A stretch of DNA of 53,033 bases, taken from the NCBI GenBank assembly GCA_016928395.1, contig JAFGKV010000036.1:62001-115033 (forward strand), given 5' to 3'. A program made the position numbers and the translations under genes. Source of the DNA: Candidatus Fermentibacterota bacterium (GTDB lineage Bacteria > JAFGKV01). The number at the start of each line of letters is the position of its first letter. The first letter of the stretch is position 1. Positions 28,405-38,019 of the stretch are shown here, piece by piece. The notes beneath the pieces were generated by a model. That model had not been told where the DNA came from, did no database searches, and saw only the letters and a program-made list of their open reading frames with translations.

Positions 28405-29747
28405 CCGGTACCGCGGCCTTGGGTGCGCATCTGTCATCGCGATCTGGCACCCATCGACTCTGCCGGTCTCATTGCTCCCTTGCCGGGCCAGGCCTCGTGG
28501 TACGGGGCAGGGTTGGCAGAGTGGAAGGGACAACGCTCATCATCGCCACGCAACAGGAGGTCGTGACGGTACAGGCCACTGCGGGAATCGACGTTCGCCC
28601 GGGCGACATTGTTGAACTCCTCGCCGACGAACGCAGCAGGGCCACCGACCTGCGCGTTCTGGTTCGGCCTGCCCTGCCGCCCGCGAACCACGACGCCTCC
28701 CCCGCGAGGCATCCCGATATCTCCGTAGTCTTGGCGGCCAGGAGCACCATGCACTCCCGCATCCGGGAGTTCTTTCATAGTCGCGGCTTCATTGAAGTCC
28801 CGACGCCGACTCTGGTCCCCTCGCCGGGCATGGAGTCGACCTTGACGGGCTTTTCCACCTCGTATGAGGATCACACCGGCTTCGTTCGCACCCTGTGGTT
28901 GCCAACCTCGCCGGAGTTCGCCCTGAAACGAGCATTATGCGGCGGCATGGAGCGCATATTCGAGATCAGGCCCGTGTTCCGGAACCGGGGTGAGATGGGG
29001 CCCTTGCACCACCCCGAGTTCACCATGCTGGAGTGGTATCGCGCCTACGAAGACTATCATGCCATCATGCAGGATACGGAAGAACTGGTCTCGCGTATCG
29101 CCCGGAGCCTGTGCCCGCTGCGCGACACAACCTTCCGTGGCGTTTCCCTAAGGTGGGAACCGCCTTTCCCTCGCCTCAGCGTGGCGGAAGCCTTCATACG
29201 ATACTCGGGGATAGACCTCTTGGCGGGCTTGGAGGATAAGGATGAGTTCAGCCGGTGCTGCGCTGGGCGGCTCTCCCATGTGTCCGCTGGCGATGACTTC
29301 TGTACCCTGTTCCATCGGATCATGGTTGAACTGATCGAGCCACACCTCGGGCTTGAGGGCCCTTTGGTTCTCTATGATTACCCCCTGGAGCTGGCAGCTC
29401 TCTCGGTACCCAAAAGGAATGATCCCCGGCTCTGCGAGCGCTTTGAGCTCTACGTGGCGGGAGTGGAACTGGCCAATGCCTTCACCGAGGTCAATGATCC
29501 CCGTGAGATGGCGCTGCGCATCAGGCAGGCCAGAGCGGAACAAAAGAACCGCGGACTCGCCCCCACTCCCGTCGACGCGGCGCTCCTCCAGGCCATGCGC
29601 CGCGGCATGCCCCCCGCCGGGGGCATCGCCCTGGGGCTCGACCGCCTGCTGATGGTCATGCTGGGCGTGGAGCACATCTGTGGCATCGCGCCCTTCTCCC
29701 TCCACGACGAGCACTCGCTAAGTCAACGCACCGGTCGCCTGGCATGA
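28401..29747 (+). CDS. epmA: EF-P lysine aminoacylase EpmA (GenX/PoxA) with N-terminal extension
   Basis: TSPEFALKR, FRN, HHPEFTMLEWYR, ERFELYVAGVELANAFTE, GGIALGLDRL. Confidence 0.9.
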   Translation: MTGTAALGAHLSSRSGTHRLCRSHCSLAGPGLVVRGRVGRVEGTTLIIATQQEVVTVQATAGIDVRPGDIVELLADERSRATDLRVLVRPALPPANHDASPARHPDISVVLAARSTMHSRIREFFHSRGFIEVPTPTLVPSPGMESTLTGFSTSYEDHTGFVRTLWLPTSPEFALKRALCGGMERIFEIRPVFRNRGEMGPLHHPEFTMLEWYRAYEDYHAIMQDTEELVSRIARSLCPLRDTTFRGVSLRWEPPFPRLSVAEAFIRYSGIDLLAGLEDKDEFSRCCAGRLSHVSAGDDFCTLFHRIMVELIEPHLGLEGPLVLYDYPLELAALSVPKRNDPRLCERFELYVAGVELANAFTEVNDPREMALRIRQARAEQKNRGLAPTPVDAALLQAMRRGMPPAGGIALGLDRLLMVMLGVEHICGIAPFSLHDEHSLSQRTGRLA

Positions 29748-29875
29748 TCCGGCCCGCCCGTTGACGGCCGGCCCTTTGATGGCCACTTTGTGGCGTCGTC
29801 CCGTAGTGTGCGGCGATGCCGGCTCCCTGTCTTTGGAGGGAATAGGCTAAGCCGAGATCACGCCATGGAGTAAGA

Positions 29876-30379
29876 GTGAACGCCGAGACGCAGAACAGCA
29901 TAGAACAACCCACCGAGAATCTCTCGGGAGTCTGCGCACCCCCTTCGCCTCCGGCCGCCGGCACCCCCGCAGATCTGCCGGCGGACCCCCGATGGTGGAT
30001 CCCATGGGTGGCTCTGGCGGCATTGGGCCTTGTCGCATTGGCCATCCCGGCAACCCACACCGACGTGGCCAAGGTGCGCCGTCAAATGGAGGCACAACGT
30101 TGCCGGGAGCAAATGCTGGCATTGGCTGAGGGGGAAGTTCAGCACTACCTGGACCACCAGTCCTTCACCACGGAACAAAGGGCCCTCACCCGGTATGTTC
30201 CCTTTGCCGAGCATGCCCAATGTCCTTCGTGCAGGACCAACTACCGCCTGGAGGTCTTCCAAAACCACGTGTGCGTTCGCTGCCCCTGTGAATCGGTTCG
30301 GCATGGCTGGGTGGAGCGCCCGGCTCCGGCCGGCACCGACTCGGGAGGCCCTGAGCGGCACTCGTCACCATCGCAATGA
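29876..30379 (+). CDS. Single-TM pilin-like protein with Cys motifs
   Basis: TM ending ALAIP, then helix CREQMLALAEG...Y, CPSC...Y...CPC...HGWV; GGAG RBS. Confidence 0.6.
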   Translation: MNAETQNSIEQPTENLSGVCAPPSPPAAGTPADLPADPRWWIPWVALAALGLVALAIPATHTDVAKVRRQMEAQRCREQMLALAEGEVQHYLDHQSFTTEQRALTRYVPFAEHAQCPSCRTNYRLEVFQNHVCVRCPCESVRHGWVERPAPAGTDSGGPERHSSPSQ

Positions 30380-30862
30380 GCCGGCACACGCGCCCAGAGA
30401 TCCAGCACTGAGGTCACCAACCTCCTCTCCGATTTCCACCCCGTTCCCTGGCCCACCGGCAGTGTGCGGCCAGTATCCGCGATTTCCTCGGGCAGGAGAG
30501 CCTTTGAGCCTCTCCGACTACTCAAGGCACCGTCCACGAATCGAGCGGGTCTCTGGAGACTCCGAAGGAGAACCTGATGGCCAGTGATGCGGTAGGAGGA
30601 TGCAGAGGAACGCGGGAGTACGCCTCACCTGTCACTTCACGCAGAACCACTCCAGCATTCCCGCCAGCGATGCCGGGCAGGTCCCACACGGTGTGGCGGA
30701 ACGGAAGACCCAAGGTCATCACCCGGTGTAGCCGGGTGATCCAGAAACACGGCCTGGCGTGCCGGGACACGCCGGGCAATGACAGGGGCGCGGGTGCGAG
30801 GTACACCATGTGTCGCCAGGGCCGGCGCGGGGCCGAAACTCGAGTAAAAGAACATGCAGAGC

Positions 30863-30915
30863 TCGCACTCGTAGTCGTCGTACTCAACTCCCCGGCTCGT
30901 CAACTACGAGTGCGA
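30863..30915. repeat. Perfect 13-bp inverted repeat
   Basis: TCGCACTCGTAGT (30863-30875) and ACTACGAGTGCGA (30903-30915). Confidence 0.8.
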
Positions 30916-31109
30916 TTACGACAACGACAACGAGACCGACCCTGAGTGAGGAGTGAGCTGAGGGCTGACAGCCGATAGCCGATAGCCACCAGCGGGCCGT
31001 ACTCTCAACCCCGAAGCATCTGAGTGCGCCCGCGTCCTCAGAGGCTCCACTGAACCCTGAGCCTTCGGACCCGTGGCCCGCGTTTCACCCACCCACGCCG
31101 TCCCGGCCG

Positions 31110-31151
31110 AAAACACAGCGCCCAGGCTGCCTTTCGGCAACCTGGGCGCTG
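31110..31151 (-). terminator. Intrinsic terminator after groEL
   Basis: CAGCGCCCAGG...CCTGGGCGCTG stem followed by TGTTTT on the minus strand. Confidence 0.7.
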
Positions 31152-31171
31152 GCGGTCTCTTGGGAGACTAC

Positions 31172-32794
<1,623 letters not shown>

Positions 32795-32849
32795 CTATGT
32801 TCCTCCTTCTGTATACGTGCGATCCGAAAAAACGCTTCCGCTGACGCGG

Positions 32850-33134
32850 CTAGATCACCGCGAGGATGTCACTTTCCCTCATGATGAGGTACTCGTCACC
32901 ATCGATGGTAACCTCGGTTCCCGAGTACTTTCCGTACAGAACCTTGTCACCAACCTTGACCTCCATCGCCTGGCGGGCGCCCTTCTCATCGACCTTTCCA
33001 GGCCCCACGGCGATAACCTCTCCCTGCTGAGGCTTCTCCTTGGCGGTGTCGGGGATGATGATGCTCCCCTTCTTGACTTCTGCTGCCTCGAGGGGCTTCA
33101 CGATTACACGGTCTGCCAACGGCTTGACGTTCAC
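32850..33134 (-). CDS. groS: Co-chaperonin GroES
   Basis: KPLADRV...[12 protein letters not shown]...KYSGTE; AAGGAGG RBS, GTG start. Confidence 0.99.
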   Translation of the reverse strand: MNVKPLADRVIVKPLEAAEVKKGSIIIPDTAKEKPQQGEVIAVGPGKVDEKGARQAMEVKVGDKVLYGKYSGTEVTIDGDEYLIMRESDILAVI

Positions 33135-33247
33135 CTTTCTCTGCCTCCTTTCCGTGACTGACCGAGAACAAACGAACTACGCCACGAGAGTGCTAATATT
33201 CTCTCGCGACGTCTCGCATTATGCGACAAACAGTTCAGTCGCCTTCG

Positions 33248-33274
33248 TTAGCACTCAGTATGTCTGATTGCTAA
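33248..33274. promoter_or_regulatory. CIRCE element (HrcA operator)
   Basis: TTAGCACTC-N9-GATTGCTAA, one mismatch to consensus, in the groES leader. Confidence 0.9.
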
Positions 33275-33286
33275 CAAACACACCAC

Positions 33287-33315
33287 AATATAGCATGGTT
33301 CCGGGATTCGCGCAA
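33287..33315 (-). promoter_or_regulatory. groESL promoter
   Basis: TTGCGC-17 nt-TATATT with TGn extended -10, just upstream of CIRCE. Confidence 0.7.
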
Positions 33316-33686
33316 TACCCTTCCATGGAGAGCCGGGGGCCTCCCGCGGAGAGGACAGCGTGGAGGTGCGAACGGCACATGCCTGGCACCGCTGATCACC
33401 ACGGGCGACTCGTCGGAGATTCCCCGGCAGAGCATCTGGAAACGAGGAGAAGACTGCAGGGCGTTCAGGTATAGACTGAGCCCGCTTCTCTCGAGGCACC
33501 CCGCCCCCGTCTCGATGCTCTTCGCGCTGCCTCCCACCGAACCCCGAAGCCTGCGAAGATGGTTCCCGCGCTATGGTCCTCCCAACCTTCCTCCTGTCAT
33601 CCGCCTGCGCCTCCTGTCGATCGACAAAGAGCCCACGATACGTTACCTTGTCCTGTAGAGACTATACCCCAGCCGAAGAGGATCTC

Positions 33687-33959
33687 ATGTTGTGGGAAGA
33701 GTACGGTATCTACATTGTCGTCGGCATGGTCTTCGCATTGCTCATGATCGGCATGCTGATCGCTGAGGTGTTCATCGTCCGAGCCAACCGGAGACTCATC
33801 CGCGAGTCCACCCGAGAGATGGCCACCCTCCTTGCCCAGGCAGGCAAACCCGAAGACGGCCGCCGCCTGGCCAAGGCCATCGACGATGTGCTGGAGGAAG
33901 AACGCACACAGGTAATGAGCCGCCTGAAACGGCATCGTCAACTTCGACACGAACGATAG
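33687..33959 (+). CDS. Small single-TM hypothetical protein
   Basis: GAGGA RBS before ATG 33687; TM IYIVVGMVFALLMIGMLIAEVFIV plus charged helical tail. Confidence 0.65.
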   Translation: MLWEEYGIYIVVGMVFALLMIGMLIAEVFIVRANRRLIRESTREMATLLAQAGKPEDGRRLAKAIDDVLEEERTQVMSRLKRHRQLRHER

Positions 33960-33982
33960 CGCGCGGAAGCGAAGTCGAAACG

Positions 33983-35773
33983 CTAGCCTGACCGTCTGCG
34001 AGGAAGAATCCGCTTCAGAATACCCCTCACCGCACCTTCATCCTTTGCGCCAACGGTCTGCTCCTGCGGCGGTTGCCCCGTCACCACAGGTTTCTCCAGC
34101 GTCTCCTCAAGTACTGGCAGGCTGGCTGGCCTGCGCTTCCGGCGACGCCGTCGCGGAGGCCGTACCTGCCCCGAGGAATCCACAGACGATCCACCCTGCT
34201 CACGGTTTGGCTCGACGGCATGCCTATGTGGGCTCTCCGGCTTGCGGGGCAAGCCCCCGTGATCCTCAGTGTGTTCAGGCTCACGCTCCCGTCGCGGGGG
34301 CTCATCTCGCCGCATCTTGGCGTCGCGGACTTTCGGTTCCACCTCTGCGGCAGTGGCCAGTGCAATCCTGACTCTCAGTCCCCTCGATTGCTCCAGGTGG
34401 GAAATCAGAACACGGTGCTGGTTCATCAGAAGCAGGGCGGTATCCGGGTCGACCTCCAGGGTCACGTCCCTTCTCTCGGGCACATTCTCCAGGAGCTGCA
34501 GTGCCTGCGTGGCTCGCTGAACGGGATCGATGATCCTCCCCCGTCCTCCGCAGCGAGGACATGGGGAAGTTCGCAGGCTGATAAGCGACCGACGGAGTCT
34601 CTGCCTGGACAGCTCCAGCATCCCGAAGGCACTGATATGTCCGAGCCTGATACGAGCCTTGTCGTCCTTCATCGCCGTCCGAAGCTGCCGTTCGACCTCG
34701 GCCCTGTGCTTCTCGTCTGCCATATCTATGAAATCCACGACGATGAGCCCACCAAGGTCCCGCAGCCGCAGTTGCCGTGCCAATTCCTTGGCGGCCTCAA
34801 TGTTTGTCGACAAGGCCGTTTGTTCGCTACCGGATCCCTTGGTTGACTTGCCGGAGTTCACGTCGACGGCCACCAGAGCGGTCGTTACTTGGATAACCAA
34901 AGAACCACCGCTGGGCAAGGGCACCTCCGGTTGCAGACAGGCCAACACGAGCCGTTCGATCCCGCTGTCGACCATGAGCGGCGTCTGCTTCTGGTGCACC
35001 GAAAAGGCTACTTTGGCCCGTGGCATGACCGTTCGCACATAGGTTTTGACCCTGGCGGCGACGTGCTCGGAACCAAGTACTACTTCATCCACATCGGGAG
35101 TGAGATAGTCGCGCAATGCCCTGAATGCGGCGTCTTCTTCGCTGAAGAGCAGCGAAGGCGCGGGATCGCTGGCGAATTGGGCGCTAATCTTCTGCCACAG
35201 CCGTACAAGTCGTGCCAGGTCCCGGTCAATCTCTCGCTTGGTGGAAGCCTTGCCCACGGTGCGCACAATGACCGAGCAGTTCTTTGGCACGGAAAGGTTG
35301 GAGACCAGGTCTCGCAGCCGCGCGCGGTCCTCGGATGTTTCGATGCGGCGGGAGATGCCCCCCGACCCTTCCTCGTCCGGCATGAGTACGACATACCGCC
35401 CGGCCAGTGAGATGTGGGTCGTAAGATCCGCGCCCTTGCTGTCCAGCGGGTCCCTGGTCACCTGCACGAGAACGGTTTGCTTCCGCTTCAGCACATCTTG
35501 GATGGGTGGACGATCTGATGGCTTGATGCCTTCGGGGTAGTTGCGGGGATGAATATCCTTGATCTGAATAAAGCCATGACGGTCTTCACCTAGATCGATA
35601 AAGGCAGCCTGCAGGGACGGCTCGACCCTGGCTACGACCCCCTTGTAGATATTTCCCTTCAGCTGTCCCCGCTCCGTCTCCTCTTCCGTGTAGTCGACAA
35701 GTACATTGTCGTGGAGAAGGGCAACCTTTACTCGCCCCCCGCTCTCTTCAATCAACATCTTGGTTTTACTCAT
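33983..35773 (-). CDS. rne: Rne/Rng family ribonuclease
   Basis: GNIYKGVVARVEPSLQAAFID, DVNSGK, ARQLRLRDLGGLIVVDFIDM, CPRC Zn link; short disordered tail. Confidence 0.93.
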   Translation of the reverse strand: MSKTKMLIEESGGRVKVALLHDNVLVDYTEEETERGQLKGNIYKGVVARVEPSLQAAFIDLGEDRHGFIQIKDIHPRNYPEGIKPSDRPPIQDVLKRKQTVLVQVTRDPLDSKGADLTTHISLAGRYVVLMPDEEGSGGISRRIETSEDRARLRDLVSNLSVPKNCSVIVRTVGKASTKREIDRDLARLVRLWQKISAQFASDPAPSLLFSEEDAAFRALRDYLTPDVDEVVLGSEHVAARVKTYVRTVMPRAKVAFSVHQKQTPLMVDSGIERLVLACLQPEVPLPSGGSLVIQVTTALVAVDVNSGKSTKGSGSEQTALSTNIEAAKELARQLRLRDLGGLIVVDFIDMADEKHRAEVERQLRTAMKDDKARIRLGHISAFGMLELSRQRLRRSLISLRTSPCPRCGGRGRIIDPVQRATQALQLLENVPERRDVTLEVDPDTALLLMNQHRVLISHLEQSRGLRVRIALATAAEVEPKVRDAKMRRDEPPRREREPEHTEDHGGLPRKPESPHRHAVEPNREQGGSSVDSSGQVRPPRRRRRKRRPASLPVLEETLEKPVVTGQPPQEQTVGAKDEGAVRGILKRILPRRRSG

Positions 35774-35928
35774 GAACGCAGTGCCTTTGTGGCCTCCTCT
35801 CAGATCATTTCAAACACACGAAACCCTCGCCCGCGCCCCGCTTCCTCAGCTGCATAGCAAGGGCACGATACCATACCGCAACGACGTCACGCACTGCAGT
35901 AGCCTCATCCCCAGACCCCAGCGCAGCG

Positions 35929-36954
35929 TCATCTCGTCAACCCTGCACCCAGCGGGCCGCCCTCCAATGCGCCGAGAAGCCCTACGAAGAACGCAAGATA
36001 GCCGCGCCACCGGGCTTCACCGTCGTCGGGATGTGACCACGCTGTGTGTCGTACAGAACCGACGAGCGGTAGAATCCAGAAGACAAGCACAACGACTCCC
36101 ACGGGAGTCACCGGACCCCCCAGCCCTTCCACTAGGTTCATCCGCGCGGTAAACGCGCCTCCCAACGGGTAGCCAAGTGTCAGCATCCTGATACCGGTAG
36201 CACAGACACCCAGGAAACCCGCAGGATTGCCGATGGCCTCCAGCGCACACCCTGAAACTGCCGTAGAGAACACGGCCATCCGCCCACCCTGCGCACCCAG
36301 GCCGCCACCAAACCAACCGCCGAGCGTGGCCAGCGCGCCGATGCCTGCGGCCACCGCCCCCACCACCCTGAGCCACTGCGTCGAACGGAATGCCCACACA
36401 CCTGCCACGACGGCCACGCCAACGGCAAGAAGCGAGCATGGTTGCTGGCATCGTTCGAGAAGGTCTTGGGGGAGAATACCACCCCACCGGACCACCAGCA
36501 CTGAGGCGGACCACCATGCGGGACCGATAACGGCCACCACACGCTTCGGGCCAAGAAGCGACAATGATGCAGGAAGGAAGGCCGTTCTTAACGCCAGCGC
36601 AACCCAAATGGTGACCAAAGCCCCTCGGCCAATCCGCGGCGGCATGGCGCCCAGCGCCACTCGCAGCAGGCTGAGGGAATCCGTTTTGGAGAATGTCACC
36701 ACTACGGATGCGCCGACGAGAAAAAGGAACAAGGATCCAAACGCCAGGTAGATGGCCGGCTGCTGACGCCCGGTAAGCAACCCGATCCCGACGGCAACGA
36801 GAGATCCTCCCGCAGCCATCATGATCACATTATCGGCCATGAGTTCTACGACGGCTCCCGCCACCGTCAGGAGGATCCCCGGAGTATCCCGTCCGCGATG
36901 TCCCAGAATGCCCAGAACTCCCAACACCACCGCTGCCAGAATGTCTTCTCGCAT
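35929..36954 (-). CDS. Divergent MrpD/NuoN-like polytopic membrane protein
   Basis: About 11 TM helices; AIYLAFGSLFLFLVG, LRTAFLP, LTLGYPLGGAFTAR resemble antiporter-like subunit segments. Confidence 0.5.
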   Translation of the reverse strand: MREDILAAVVLGVLGILGHRGRDTPGILLTVAGAVVELMADNVIMMAAGGSLVAVGIGLLTGRQQPAIYLAFGSLFLFLVGASVVVTFSKTDSLSLLRVALGAMPPRIGRGALVTIWVALALRTAFLPASLSLLGPKRVVAVIGPAWWSASVLVVRWGGILPQDLLERCQQPCSLLAVGVAVVAGVWAFRSTQWLRVVGAVAAGIGALATLGGWFGGGLGAQGGRMAVFSTAVSGCALEAIGNPAGFLGVCATGIRMLTLGYPLGGAFTARMNLVEGLGGPVTPVGVVVLVFWILPLVGSVRHTAWSHPDDGEARWRGYLAFFVGLLGALEGGPLGAGLTR

Positions 36955-37008
36955 GGGTTCAGCCTCGCCGGCCTCCTGCGGGATGCATGCCTACGTTGCC
37001 TCCGCCCC

Positions 37009-37941
37009 CTAACGACCTCGCTCGGCCAAGAATCGTTCCGCCTCGATAGCGGCAATGCACCCCGACCCTGCCGCACTCACCGCCTGACGGTACACCGAAT
37101 CCTGGCAGTCGCCCGCCGCGAAAACCCCTGGAACCGCGGTCCTAGACGTGCCGGGGATGGTGCGGATATAGCCCTTGTCGTCGCGTTCCAGCGTTCCCTT
37201 GACGAAACCGGTGTTGGGGTCATGGCCGATCGCAAGGAAGACCCCGTGGCACGGGAGGGTCCGCTCTTGGCCGGTGTGAACATCCCGCAGGAGAAGGCCG
37301 GTGACGCCCACGGGCTCCTCACCTAGAACCTCCTTGACCACGCTGTCCCATACGATTTCCACCCGGGGCTCGGCCAACAGGCGCTTCTGCATGATCTTGG
37401 ATGCTCTCAATTCGTCGCGCCGATGCACCAGCCATACCCTCGTCGCAAAACGCGTGAGAAACAGGGCCTCCTCTACGGCGGAATCGCCCCCCCCGATCAC
37501 CGCCACCTGCTTATCCTTGAAGAAGAATCCGTCGCAGGTCGCACACGCGGAGACTCCTCTGCCCTGCCACCGCCGTTCGGATTCCAGGCCGAGATACCTG
37601 GCCGAAGCGCCGGTGGCGACTATGAGGGCATCGGCAGTGATTCTCTCATCCCCGAGGAACAAGGAGAGGGTTGGCCCCTCGGATTGCACATCCGTTGCCT
37701 CCTCCATGCGGAAGCGAGCACCGAAGCGTTCGGCCTGCATCCGCATCCTCTGCATAAGTTCCGGACCCGGGATACCCTCAGGGAAGCCCGGGAAGTTCTC
37801 TATGTCGGTGGTGATCATAAGCTGCCCGCCCGGTTGCGTGCCTTCGATCACCAGCGGGGACAGCATGGCCCTTGCGGCGTAAACGGCTGCCGTGAGCCCC
37901 GCGGGGCCTGAGCCGACGATTATGAGACGCTCCTGGTTCAC
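37009..37941 (-). CDS. trxB: Thioredoxin-disulfide reductase
   Basis: IVGSGPAGLTAAVY, GVSACATCDG, GGGDSAVEEA, VFAAGD; GAGGAG RBS before GTG 37941. Confidence 0.97.
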   Translation of the reverse strand: MNQERLIIVGSGPAGLTAAVYAARAMLSPLVIEGTQPGGQLMITTDIENFPGFPEGIPGPELMQRMRMQAERFGARFRMEEATDVQSEGPTLSLFLGDERITADALIVATGASARYLGLESERRWQGRGVSACATCDGFFFKDKQVAVIGGGDSAVEEALFLTRFATRVWLVHRRDELRASKIMQKRLLAEPRVEIVWDSVVKEVLGEEPVGVTGLLLRDVHTGQERTLPCHGVFLAIGHDPNTGFVKGTLERDDKGYIRTIPGTSRTAVPGVFAAGDCQDSVYRQAVSAAGSGCIAAIEAERFLAERGR

Positions 37942-38019
37942 ACTGATTCTCCTCTCGCCCCGACCATCCCGGGACAAACGCGCATCCATCTCCTCTGTGC
38001 CATGGGCGCGGTCAGGGGT

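Noticed and set aside
23572-30990. CRISPR array interpretation of the intergenic repeats
   Set aside because: Units are 6-14 nt with no unique spacers, and there are no cas genes
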